Source of the DNA: an uncultured Acidobacteriaceae bacterium
Lineage (GTDB): Bacteria > Acidobacteriota > Terriglobia > Terriglobales > Acidobacteriaceae
DNA: 64,000 nt
Reading direction: 5' to 3'
Assembly (NCBI GenBank): GCA_963770555.1
Contig: CAVYQC010000006.1
Coordinates: forward strand, 105,564 to 169,563
The notes below the pieces were generated by a model. The model was not told where the DNA came from, ran no database searches, and saw only the letters and a list, made by a program, of their open reading frames with translations. Below are positions 48,733 to 57,758 of the stretch, one piece after another. Both the position numbers and the translations under genes were made by a program. The stretch's first letter is position 1. Each line of letters begins with the position of its first letter.

Positions 48733-49191
48733 AATATCTTTCCTGAAGATCTTTCCTGGATTCCGGGAGCTCCTTTTCCTGGAGCCTGAGTTCGGAACCG
48801 GACTTTAGGCGCGCACACGAGCATGACTCAGGCGCGGGCCTGCTTATCGATATGCGTAAGGGAGAACCGAAAGTCGAATCAAAGACCAGCCGGCGGGGAT
48901 TCAGGAAGGAATGCCCGGGGGCCCGGAGCTGCCGCACGCTACTTCAATGCCGGAAGGCACATTGCCGGCCGGCGCCACGCTCCCTCGCATTCCCGGCCTC
49001 GGCGCGCCCATCCAATCAAGGAGGCTGAAGCGCTTCAGGCTTGCCGGACCTTACCACAGTCCACGGCAAAATCTCCGGGTGGGAGACCAAGTGGCTACGC
49101 TCGATGGGCTTTTGGGGAAATCTGTGCAAGGCAGAGATGCCTTCTGAAGGGCAAACCGGCCGCTCACGGCCAAAACACTGAGCGCAAAGAC

Positions 49192-49214
49192 AGTATAGCA
49201 CGGGTTGCAACCCG
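49192..49214 (-). promoter_or_regulatory. Extended -10 promoter with an adjacent 14-bp palindrome, oriented toward the helicase
   Basis: Minus strand TGcTATACT (49192-49200) next to the perfect palindrome cgggttgcaacccg (49201-14). Confidence 0.55.
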
Positions 49215-49317
49215 GACCCTTTCGCGAAGCTCGATCCCATGCCCATGTCCAGATTCATTCCTACATCGGGAATCGTCATGGATTACGCGACGGCGCACAA
49301 GAACGCGTGGCAAACCC

Positions 49318-49773
49318 TCAATTCGACTCCGGCGGCCTGGCATGCTCGAACCGCTGGCGGCGCCGATCCCACTCTTCGGAGGCAAAGAAATGAGGGCCGA
49401 CCTCGATGAGGCGCGGGATCATCTTGAACACCGCCACGCGGCTCCAGGGCCGGCCGTCGCGCATGCGAAACCCCTTCTCGTTCAGGCTGCTCACAATGAT
49501 CGAGTAGGAGAAATCCTGCGCCAGCATCTCCATCATCTCCATCAGCACCCGGTGTTCGGTTGGGTGGGGTTCCAGTCGCGCGCAGTCGTCTGAGATGCGC
49601 AGGCCATAGGGAATCTCCTCGTCGAATGCGCCCTCGGCAGGCGCCTCGCCGTCAGGCAGCTCGCGCCGCCATTCGATGGAGACCATCTGCCAACCTGCCG
49701 CCGTCCGCTGACGGATGACTTCCGGGCTGAAAGGACCGGAGATCATATCGCGAATCCGTTCAAAATACGCCAT
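49318..49773 (-). CDS. Stand-alone recombinase-type DNA-binding domain protein (no serine catalytic domain)
   Basis: PYG....D...LE.HP.E..V, LNEKGFRMRDGRPWSR pattern of the large-serine-recombinase recombinase domain; GGAGG RBS. Confidence 0.7.
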   Translation of the reverse strand: MAYFERIRDMISGPFSPEVIRQRTAAGWQMVSIEWRRELPDGEAPAEGAFDEEIPYGLRISDDCARLEPHPTEHRVLMEMMEMLAQDFSYSIIVSSLNEKGFRMRDGRPWSRVAVFKMIPRLIEVGPHFFASEEWDRRRQRFEHARPPESN

Positions 49774-50126
49774 TCTGAGCCTCCACGCAGTTTGCCTTTG
49801 CTCGTAGGGGGCAATTGGCCTGCCAGTGCCGCAGCCGGACGCCTGGCCTTCAACTTGCTTAGAGGAAAGGCTCTATCTGCGCCGCTCCGCTCAAACTGAA
49901 ATCGCGCTTTGTCCGGTTTCGCAAACCGCCGTCCACTTCCGGACAGAAGGCGCAAGACACCTGGCGCAGCGCGGCCTCCCGACCGGAACAGGAGCACCAC
50001 GGAGATTGGACTCCGTCCGCACCAAGGTAACGCGCAACACAACCCGACGTGATATTTCAATAGCATGAAGGAGGGAGATAAGATCGGATGGAGTCTACAT
50101 ATCGACTAAGGATGCTTCCCTAAGGA

Positions 50127-50894
50127 ATGATGGATTATTATGAGTTCCTACAAATTAGTCCCAACGCCGATTCAGACACGATCCACCGCGTTTATCGATT
50201 CCTCGCGACTCGCCTTCACCCGGATAACCCGGAGTCGGGCGATGCCGAGATGTTTCACCTGCTGAAGACGGCCTACGACGTTTTATCCCATCCAGACCGC
50301 CGCGCCGATTACGATGCGACGCGCAGGCGGCAGCCTTGCCAGCCGATTCCTCTTTCCACGTCGATCGATTTCATGGACTCTCTGGACGGGGAGTTGAACC
50401 GGCGCCTGGCGGTGCTGGCCGTGCTCTATTACCGCCGCCGCTCGAATCCGCAAATGCCGGAGGTCCCACTTGCGGAGATTGAACTGCGCATGGGATTTCC
50501 CCGCGATTATCTTGATTTCACCACCTGGTACCTCGTAAAGAAGGGGTACGTGCTGCGCGCAGATAACGCGGAATACACGCTGACCGCCGAGGGCGTCGAT
50601 TTTGTGGAGACGCAACGCGCGAATCTGCCGATCCTGAACAAAATGCTGACCAACGGCTCCGTGACTCCTGCCGCAACGACGGTCCGGCCGGCGCGGCATT
50701 CGGGCGCTGCCCCGGAGCCGATCGTTTTGCCTTTGCCGATGGGAATCGAGCGGCGCGCAGGCATGAGCAACGGACACGCGCGTGCACCGGAACTTCGCGC
50801 CGAGGCGGCGGAAACTTTGGTCGACACGATCGATCGCAGAGCGAGTTCCGGCGACCGGCGGGCCAGCTTGCCGGGCCGGCGCTCAAACGACTGA
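50127..50894 (+). CDS. DnaJ (J-domain) protein with a winged-helix-like domain
   Basis: DYYEFLQI, LHPDN (HPD), AYDVLS.P.RRA.YD; then WYLVKKGYV...YTLTAEG. Confidence 0.85.
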   Translation: MMDYYEFLQISPNADSDTIHRVYRFLATRLHPDNPESGDAEMFHLLKTAYDVLSHPDRRADYDATRRRQPCQPIPLSTSIDFMDSLDGELNRRLAVLAVLYYRRRSNPQMPEVPLAEIELRMGFPRDYLDFTTWYLVKKGYVLRADNAEYTLTAEGVDFVETQRANLPILNKMLTNGSVTPAATTVRPARHSGAAPEPIVLPLPMGIERRAGMSNGHARAPELRAEAAETLVDTIDRRASSGDRRASLPGRRSND

Positions 50895-50984
50895 GCGTCG
50901 AAGATGGGCAGGACTGAAGCGAGAATGACAAAGTTATAGTAGATTTCTGGATGGTGGCGTTTCTCACCCGCTGAGGGGCACAAC

Positions 50985-51566
50985 ATGAACATGAAGTCTT
51001 TCAGGCTCATGTTTGCAGGATTCAAACGGCCGGCTGCGGCCTGCGCGCTTCTGGTGCTGCTCGTCTCGCCGCTTGGCGGCCAGGAGGAGCGGAGCTCGGC
51101 AGCCAAAGGCATCAACACTCTTGCCGCGCCCGTGCCCACCCCGCTGCTGAACGGCAAAAAGGCATTTATCTCCTACGAGCTTGGGGACGTGACCGCATTT
51201 CCGTCAAGCTACAGCGGCGGCCCGGAACGCGCGTACAACGAGTTCTTTGCCGGGATGAAGGCGTGGGGCAGATTCGAGCTGGTGATGGACCCCAAGGATG
51301 CCGACGTAGTGTTCGGCATCCGTTTCGTCGACTCGCCGGGACTGGCGGCGCCGCAGATCAGGGTGGGAATCGCGGATGCGCAAACGCAGGTGGCCCTGTG
51401 GGGATTCGTCGAGCAAGTCGATCCCGCGTTGCTCAAGAAGCATCGCGACGCGGCCTTCTCGGCAGCCGTGCAATTGCTTATCACCGATGTGCAGAACCTG
51501 CTTACGCCAGGCGCGGCCGCGGCGAAAGCACCGGGGAAAACCCGCCTTTCCGACGAGGCCCGCTGA
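50985..51566 (+). CDS. Secreted hypothetical protein
   Basis: Signal peptide; coherent 193-aa ORF with GAGGGG RBS. Confidence 0.7.
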   Translation: MNMKSFRLMFAGFKRPAAACALLVLLVSPLGGQEERSSAAKGINTLAAPVPTPLLNGKKAFISYELGDVTAFPSSYSGGPERAYNEFFAGMKAWGRFELVMDPKDADVVFGIRFVDSPGLAAPQIRVGIADAQTQVALWGFVEQVDPALLKKHRDAAFSAAVQLLITDVQNLLTPGAAAAKAPGKTRLSDEAR

Positions 51567-51579
51567 ACTCAGGGACCGC

Positions 51580-52935
51580 CTACTCGCGCACGGAGATGCC
51601 CAGCGCCTTCATCTTGCGGTAGAGATGGCTGCGCTCCAGGCCCAGCAATTCGGCGGCGTGGCTGATGTTATTGCGGGCTTCCTCGATTTTCTTCTGGATG
51701 TATTCGCGCTCGTAGGCGTCGCGCGCCTGCTGCAGCGTGGAGAATTCTTCAGTGGAACGCGAGCCGGATTTGTGGGTGAGCGGCGGCAAGTGTTTGCGCT
51801 CAATGCGCAGCGCGCGGGGATTGAGGATGAGAACCCGCTCGATCACGTTTTTGAGCTCGCGCACGTTTCCCGGCCAGTGGTACTGGGCGAGCGCGGCCAG
51901 CGCTTCCTCGCCGATTTCCATGCGCGGGCGACCGTACTGGCGGCCGAACTCGGCCAGGAATTCGCGCACCAGCGGCGGAATGTCCTGTTTGCGCTCGCGC
52001 AGCGGCGGAACAAAGAAAGGGACCACGTTGAGCCGGTAAAAGAGATCTTCGCGGAAGTTGCCCTTGGCGATCTCCTCTTCGAGGTCCTTGTTGGTCGAAG
52101 CGATCAGCCGCACGTCGACGCGCAAAGGCTGCGTACCGCCGACGGGGGTAAAGAGCTGTTCGTCGAGGGCGCTCAGAACCTTGGCTTGCGTTTTGAGGCT
52201 CATGTCGCCCACTTCGTCCAGAAACAGCGTACCGGAGTCGGCGCGTTCGAGCGTTCCGCGCTGCTCCGTGGGCCCGCCGGGCTGCGCGCCGTGGCGATAG
52301 CCGAAGAGTTCGGCTTCAATGTGCGCCTCGGGAATCGCGGCGCAGTTCAGCTCCACAAAGACGCGGTCGCGGCGCAGGCTCTCGGCATGAATGGAGCGGG
52401 CGATGAGCTCCTTGCCGGTGCCTGACTCGCCGTAGATGAGCACGCGGCCGTTGGTGGGCGCCATCAGCCTGATCTGCTGGCGCAGGGCCTTTACGGGCAC
52501 GCTTTCGCCGGTAAGCACCGAGCCCACGCCGAACTGGCGCTTGAACTCATGATTTTCACTGCGCAGGCGGCGCGCTTCCACGGCATTCTTGATGACGATG
52601 AGCGTGCGCTCGAGCGAGAGCGGCTTTTCGAGGAAATCGTATGCGCCCAGCTTGGTGGCCTTCACCGCGGCCTCAATGGTGCCGTGGCCACTGATGATGA
52701 CAACCTCCGGCCTGGCTTCGACGGCCAACTGGCGGAGATCGGAGAGCACGTCGAGGCCGTCGCGGTCGGGAAGCCAGATGTCGAGCAGAACCACGTCGTA
52801 GGGCGCGTCCTGCAGCAGAACCGCGGCCTCCTGCGCGCTGGCCGCGCTGGCCACGCCGTAGCCCTCCTCGCGCAGAATCTCCTCGAGCGAGGTGCGTATC
52901 TCCGCTTCGTCGTCGACCACCAGGATGTGATCCAT
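51580..52935 (-). CDS. NtrC/NtrX-like response regulator (REC-AAA+-HTH)
   Basis: ILVVDDE, LLDIW, GESGTGKE, LFLDE, FREDLFYRL, WPGNVREL, terminal HTH; GAFTGA replaced by GAQPGG. Confidence 0.92.
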   Translation of the reverse strand: MDHILVVDDEAEIRTSLEEILREEGYGVASAASAQEAAVLLQDAPYDVVLLDIWLPDRDGLDVLSDLRQLAVEARPEVVIISGHGTIEAAVKATKLGAYDFLEKPLSLERTLIVIKNAVEARRLRSENHEFKRQFGVGSVLTGESVPVKALRQQIRLMAPTNGRVLIYGESGTGKELIARSIHAESLRRDRVFVELNCAAIPEAHIEAELFGYRHGAQPGGPTEQRGTLERADSGTLFLDEVGDMSLKTQAKVLSALDEQLFTPVGGTQPLRVDVRLIASTNKDLEEEIAKGNFREDLFYRLNVVPFFVPPLRERKQDIPPLVREFLAEFGRQYGRPRMEIGEEALAALAQYHWPGNVRELKNVIERVLILNPRALRIERKHLPPLTHKSGSRSTEEFSTLQQARDAYEREYIQKKIEEARNNISHAAELLGLERSHLYRKMKALGISVRE

Positions 52936-55253
52936 CAGGCCAGACCCTTCACCACGGTCCTGGTGCTGCCCGCGACGGCGGGCAGACTCTCCACGGTGTG
53001 CGCCGGCTCAAGCGCCGCTTGCATTCCGGATTCCATCAGCGGCAAGCGCAACAGAAAGCGCGCGCCTTTGGGGCTGTTGCCTTCGGCACGGATGGAGCCG
53101 CCGTGCTCCTGCACGATCTTGGCCGCGATCGAAAGGCCCAGGCCCGTGCCGCGATGCTTGGTGGAATAAAAAGGAAGGAACAGCCGCTCCCGAATCTCGT
53201 CCGTGAGTCCATGGCCGGTGTCGGAGACGGCAAGCTCAACGGCAGCTCCATCTTCGCTGAGCGAACTGTGAATGCCAAGCACGCGCAACAGGCTGCCCTG
53301 CATGGCCTCAGCGGCATTGTCGATGAGATTGGCCAGCGCGCGCCGGATGGCCTCCGGATCGGCTACCACCGCGGGCAACCCCGGCTCCAGGTCGCGCTGC
53401 ACCGTGATGCCCTGCAGCCTGCCGGCAAACAGCGCCAGCGCCTCTTCGGCCACCTGGTTCAAATCGCAGGCCCGCGGCTGCGGCGAGGGAAACTGCGCCA
53501 GCGCGGAGAACTGATCCACCAGGGTGCGCAGCGTGCCCACGCAGCCGAGAATCACCTCGCTGCACTTGCGGATGACGTTGGGCGAATCGGTTTGGCCGCG
53601 GTCGAGATGGCGGGCAATGCGCTCGGCTGAAAGCGCGATCGGGGTGAGCGGATTCTTGATCTCGTGCGCCACGCGCTGCGCCACTTCCTTCCACGCCAAC
53701 TGCCGCTGCGCACGCAACAGCTCGGTGGTGTCCTCGACAACCAGAACGCTGCCCGCATGGCCGTTGGCCAGCTCAAGCCGCGCGCTGGTAATGGCCAGAT
53801 GGCTGGTGCGGCCGCGGGCATGGAATTCAGTTTCGATGGATGCGGCGCCCATGCGGTGCCCGCGCCGGATCACGCCGGCCAGATCGTCCACGCACTCGGC
53901 CGGCATCAGCGCTTCGATTTTCTCTCCGGTGAAATCCGCGTCCTCGCGAAGGCCCATCAGCACGGCGAAGGCGCGATTCGACTGCAGCACGATGCCGAAG
54001 CCATCCAGCGTAACCACGCCCGAAGGAATGGTCTCGACAATCGTCTCCAGTTCGCGGCGCCGTTCTTCGATGGCCTGATTGGCCTCAGTCAACTGCGCCG
54101 ACGAACTTTCCGCCAGCTTGCGGCTGGCCTCGAGATCGGAGGCCATGTGGTTGAACGAGAGCACCAGGTCGCCCATTTCTCCGCTGGCGATGGCCCCCAC
54201 GCGCTGCTCGTATTTGCCCGCGGCGATCTCGTCCATGGCGTCCGCGAGCGCCTCCACCGGGCGCGTGATCTGCTTGGACAGAAACAGCGCCAGCCAGACG
54301 CTCGAAAAGAACACGAACACCGTGATCAGCAGCAGCATGAGGAAATACGTGGTCCTCAGCCGATTGCGGGTGCGGAACAGTTGCCAGTACTCAGCGGCGC
54401 TGGAACGGATGTGAGTGGCCGTCTGGCTCAAACCCTGCGGCATGGGCAGCGCCACTACCACTGCTTTGCCCGATCCGGTAACGGCCGAACCCAATGCATA
54501 TTCCTGGCCAGCGACCTGGATGACCGGCTCATCGTTGCGCTGCGCCGCTTCGAGCAGAGCGCCGGAAAGCGGCCCGCGCAGTGGAGCGGGCGCACCGTGG
54601 TCGCTTTCGTCGAGCCAGGGCATGAGGTTGGCCGGGCTCGATTCCGCTGGCGCCTGAAAACTGGCCAGCAGGCGCGAATCCTTGCCGAAAACCAAGGCAA
54701 AACCGCCGGCCAGCGTGATGCGGTGCGAGACCAGCACGTCCTCAAGCACCGGCAAATCCTGGTCCGGCGCGCCGGATGCCGCAATCGACTCTGCCTCTAC
54801 CCGTGCGTTGCCGGTGACATATTGCGCCAACTGCTGCACCACCCGCGTTGAGTCGTCGCGCAGTTCCGAGGTGTTAGGCGAGAACCAGCGGTCGATAGAT
54901 CGGTTCATGAGCTGAAAGCTGAACAGGAACATGAAAACGGCGGGCGTGAGGGCGATCAGGCCGGCGCCTGCAACCATGCGCGTCCGCAGCCGCGCTCCCA
55001 GCGCGCTGCTGCTCTGGTCCGCATACAGTTTGAGGATGTTCCTGAGCAGCAGCATCAGCAACAGCAACAGCAGCAGGAAGACAAGGAAGGTGAGCGCAGT
55101 GAAGGCCAGCGTCTCGCCCGAGGTTTCGGGATTCAGGAAGCGGATGCTGGAGGTGTTGAAGGCTTGCAGCGCGCCCAGCAGGCCGAGAAACAGAAGGACT
55201 CCCGCGGCCAGGAAGGCCACGGAACGGCGCCGCGGTTCGCTCAGGAAGCGCAT
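52935..55253 (-). CDS. NtrY-like HAMP/PAS sensor histidine kinase
   Basis: SIDRWFS, HAMP, AWKEVAQRVAHEIKNPLTPI, NLIDNA, DTGHG, GTGLGL. Confidence 0.92.
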   Translation of the reverse strand: MRFLSEPRRRSVAFLAAGVLLFLGLLGALQAFNTSSIRFLNPETSGETLAFTALTFLVFLLLLLLLMLLLRNILKLYADQSSSALGARLRTRMVAGAGLIALTPAVFMFLFSFQLMNRSIDRWFSPNTSELRDDSTRVVQQLAQYVTGNARVEAESIAASGAPDQDLPVLEDVLVSHRITLAGGFALVFGKDSRLLASFQAPAESSPANLMPWLDESDHGAPAPLRGPLSGALLEAAQRNDEPVIQVAGQEYALGSAVTGSGKAVVVALPMPQGLSQTATHIRSSAAEYWQLFRTRNRLRTTYFLMLLLITVFVFFSSVWLALFLSKQITRPVEALADAMDEIAAGKYEQRVGAIASGEMGDLVLSFNHMASDLEASRKLAESSSAQLTEANQAIEERRRELETIVETIPSGVVTLDGFGIVLQSNRAFAVLMGLREDADFTGEKIEALMPAECVDDLAGVIRRGHRMGAASIETEFHARGRTSHLAITSARLELANGHAGSVLVVEDTTELLRAQRQLAWKEVAQRVAHEIKNPLTPIALSAERIARHLDRGQTDSPNVIRKCSEVILGCVGTLRTLVDQFSALAQFPSPQPRACDLNQVAEEALALFAGRLQGITVQRDLEPGLPAVVADPEAIRRALANLIDNAAEAMQGSLLRVLGIHSSLSEDGAAVELAVSDTGHGLTDEIRERLFLPFYSTKHRGTGLGLSIAAKIVQEHGGSIRAEGNSPKGARFLLRLPLMESGMQAALEPAHTVESLPAVAGSTRTVVKGLA

Positions 55254-55280
55254 GGGGCGATTATAGTGCCGACATTGAGC

Positions 55281-55305
55281 AGTGGACAGTGGTTAGTGGA
55301 CAGTT
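55281..55305 (+). repeat. Tandem heptamer AGTGG(AC/TT) x3 (STRR-like)
   Basis: agtggac agtggtt agtggac agtt. Confidence 0.75.
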
Positions 55306-55373
55306 GCCGGGGGGCGCCGACCTTCATCTCCAAACCACAAATTTCAGCCAGCCCTCCCAGAGATCGGTTGTCT

Positions 55374-56201
55374 TTACGAATTCGGGCCGAATTTGATTCC
55401 CGGCCCAAGCACCCCGACAAAGATGGCCAGAATGGCAACCGCAGCCAGAATCCATCCCACACTCCGAGAGATGGTTCCCGCCGGGAGAGACGAAACGCTC
55501 ACACGGGCCTCCGAAAAATGATCCATTTGCGTAAGCCCGAACGCGGCTGCGGCTCCCGGCAGCGCGGCGGTAAAGACGATGGTCCATCCTGCAGGATTCA
55601 ACGCTCCGGCAAGGCTCGCGGCCCCGAGTGCGGCGACAAACGGAATCCGCGTGATCCGCCGAAGGCGCGTAAGCGCTTCCGGCGCATTCGAGCCGCAAAA
55701 CGGACGCATCTCGACCGCCAGCAGCCGGAGCGAAAGGTAGTAGCAAATCACGCTTAATGCAACGAGCAGAGCTCGCCACAGCCATGCCGGAGAAAGCCCC
55801 GAAATCACCGCGGTCCAGTCCCCAAATGCCGCTATGCCGGAGTAAGCGGGATAGGCAGCGGCAAACAGCAGGTTGAAGGCGAGGACAAGCGTGAAGAAGT
55901 AGCGAATATGCGGGCCGGCCGTTCGCAAAAGGCGCAAAGCCAAAACCGACAGCAAGCCAGCTACCACGTTGGCTATGCCCCCTGCGGCTGGAATCCAGCG
56001 GCTCAAGCTCCCGCTCGAACTGAAATAGCACGTCGTCAGCATCACCGGTTTCCCGCCCACCGCCAAAGTCGCCAGCCCATGCCCCAATCCTTCATGAGTC
56101 ACGATCGCAATCACAAAAGCAACTATGCCCAACGAAGCCAGCGTCAGAGTGTCCTCCGTCGATTTGTCTGCCACGGCCAACGATCTCTCATTCGCCTGCA
56201 T
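55374..56201 (-). CDS. Polytopic membrane protein with HExxH (M50-like zinc protease motif)
   Basis: THEGLGH in TM1, GGIANVVAG, GDW motif, several TM helices. Confidence 0.7.
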   Translation of the reverse strand: MQANERSLAVADKSTEDTLTLASLGIVAFVIAIVTHEGLGHGLATLAVGGKPVMLTTCYFSSSGSLSRWIPAAGGIANVVAGLLSVLALRLLRTAGPHIRYFFTLVLAFNLLFAAAYPAYSGIAAFGDWTAVISGLSPAWLWRALLVALSVICYYLSLRLLAVEMRPFCGSNAPEALTRLRRITRIPFVAALGAASLAGALNPAGWTIVFTAALPGAAAAFGLTQMDHFSEARVSVSSLPAGTISRSVGWILAAVAILAIFVGVLGPGIKFGPNS

Positions 56202-56793
56202 GTTTCTTCGCTTTCTTTGTCACGGAATTACTCCGCAGTTTCTTGGCGATCTTGCGCAACTCCGCCAATGTCTCTTCGCACCAGCGCAGGTGAGCTTCCA
56301 ACTCCAATTGTCCGAAGCGTGCCGCCATCTTCCAGTAGGGCGCATCTGGATATTGTCGGTTCTTGCCGATCTCCTCTCGCTCGATCCGCCTGAACTCGCG
56401 AAGAAACGCGCCTTCGTTTTCTGCCATTCGCTCCACGTGTTGTATTGAAACCTCCGGGGAGACCTGCGCGCCAAAGAACAGCTTCAACAGCAGTTCGTTG
56501 CGCGGAATCTCCGGCTGCGGCTCGACGGCGAGCCACTCGGCCAGCTGCTCCCGGCCCTTTTTCGTAATGGAGTAAATATGCCTGTCCGGCTTGCCCTTTT
56601 GCCGCTCCGCCTTCGAGCCGACCAGCCCCTCGGCCGCCAGCCTTTTCAGGTTGGGATAGATCTGTCCGTAGCTCTCGTTCCAGAAATGACCGACCGAGCC
56701 GCGGATGGTTTGTCCTAGGTCATATCCGGACATGGGTTCGATGGTCAGCAGACCAAGAAGGGCTTCCCCGCTTGAACTCGATCGTTTCGCCAT
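56188..56793 (-). CDS. PadR family transcriptional regulator
   Basis: LLGLL...PMSGYDL, FWNESYGQIYPNLKRL, YSITKKG, ELLLKLFFG. Confidence 0.93.
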   Translation of the reverse strand: MAKRSSSSGEALLGLLTIEPMSGYDLGQTIRGSVGHFWNESYGQIYPNLKRLAAEGLVGSKAERQKGKPDRHIYSITKKGREQLAEWLAVEPQPEIPRNELLLKLFFGAQVSPEVSIQHVERMAENEGAFLREFRRIEREEIGKNRQYPDAPYWKMAARFGQLELEAHLRWCEETLAELRKIAKKLRSNSVTKKAKKHAGE

Positions 56794-56801
56794 ATAACTA
56801 C

Positions 56802-56815
56802 TAGATATATATCTA
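56802..56815. promoter_or_regulatory. Perfect palindrome just upstream of padR (likely autoregulatory operator)
   Basis: tagatatatatcta, 8 bp from the padR start codon. Confidence 0.65.
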
Positions 56816-56895
56816 ATAGATAGCTTTGTAAAGAAAAATCTTCACACACCGACTACGCCTGAATGCCTTGCGCTTTCGTGTGCTATCGAACGCCT

Positions 56896-57690
56896 TTAGA
56901 TTTGCGAGCAGTCCAGCGGGCTCAGCATCAGGTTGCTGATGTTGGAAACAATGGGATCGAAGGCGAAGCGCGGGTCGGCCGACAGCTTTTTCCACGCCGG
57001 ATCGCCGCGGAACGCGATCCACTTCGACTCGAGCTCGGCCGTATCCGCGAAGCAGAGCATATAGGTGAGGCTCGGCAGCCGCGAGCCGATCAGCGTGTCG
57101 CCGAAGAAGACCGGATGGAAGCCGGCATTGAGAAATATCTGGAACTCGCCGGAGTGGAACATCTCCACCTTGCGCAGGTGTTCGCCGTTCGAGGGGCTTT
57201 CGTAGGTGCGCAGTTGAAACATGCGTTTGCCCTTGGCGGCAGACGCGGCCGGCGGCGTCAGCCTGGGCCAGCCCGCGAAGGCTTCGAGCAGCGCAATCTC
57301 AACGCGCTCGAAGGCGGGCGCAGCCGCCGTGGCGTTCCAGAAGGGCGCTGCCGCTTCCAGGAAATTCCGGTCTTCGGCGAGCTGCAGATCCAGCGTGGCG
57401 AGCGAATCGACGGCAGGGCCGGGAACGATCAGATAGTAAGATGGCGTCTCCGGCCCGATATCCAGCCTGAGCGCGCCCACCGGCCCCAGGCCCATGCGCG
57501 CCAGCGCCGGAATGAGCGCATTGGAGAAATAATTCTCGGTCAATTTGAGCTGCGGCCCGCTCATCAGGCTATAGCGGCGAAGCTGATAAAACTCGCGCGC
57601 GCGGGCTGGAGTCGTTTGCGCCGAAGCTTCGCCGGCAAGAGCCACGGCTGAAGTTGCAAGCGATGCGGCAAGAAACTGGCGGCGTTCCAT
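56896..57690 (-). CDS. NIPSNAP family protein, Tat signal
   Basis: MERRQFLAAS Tat motif; FYQLRRY and FQLRTYES duplicated NIPSNAP domains; GGAGG RBS. Confidence 0.88.
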   Translation of the reverse strand: MERRQFLAASLATSAVALAGEASAQTTPARAREFYQLRRYSLMSGPQLKLTENYFSNALIPALARMGLGPVGALRLDIGPETPSYYLIVPGPAVDSLATLDLQLAEDRNFLEAAAPFWNATAAAPAFERVEIALLEAFAGWPRLTPPAASAAKGKRMFQLRTYESPSNGEHLRKVEMFHSGEFQIFLNAGFHPVFFGDTLIGSRLPSLTYMLCFADTAELESKWIAFRGDPAWKKLSADPRFAFDPIVSNISNLMLSPLDCSQI

Positions 57691-57758
57691 GGTCCCTCCG
57701 AGTTGAAGGACCATTGTAAGATACGCGGCGAGCGAGCCTCGCCGGCCGCCGATCGTCT

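Noticed and set aside
49149-49190. GGGCAAACC...GCGCAAAG resembling a c-di-GMP-I riboswitch
   Set aside because: P2 pairing and GNRA loop are missing, and it is antisense to the only downstream gene it could regulate
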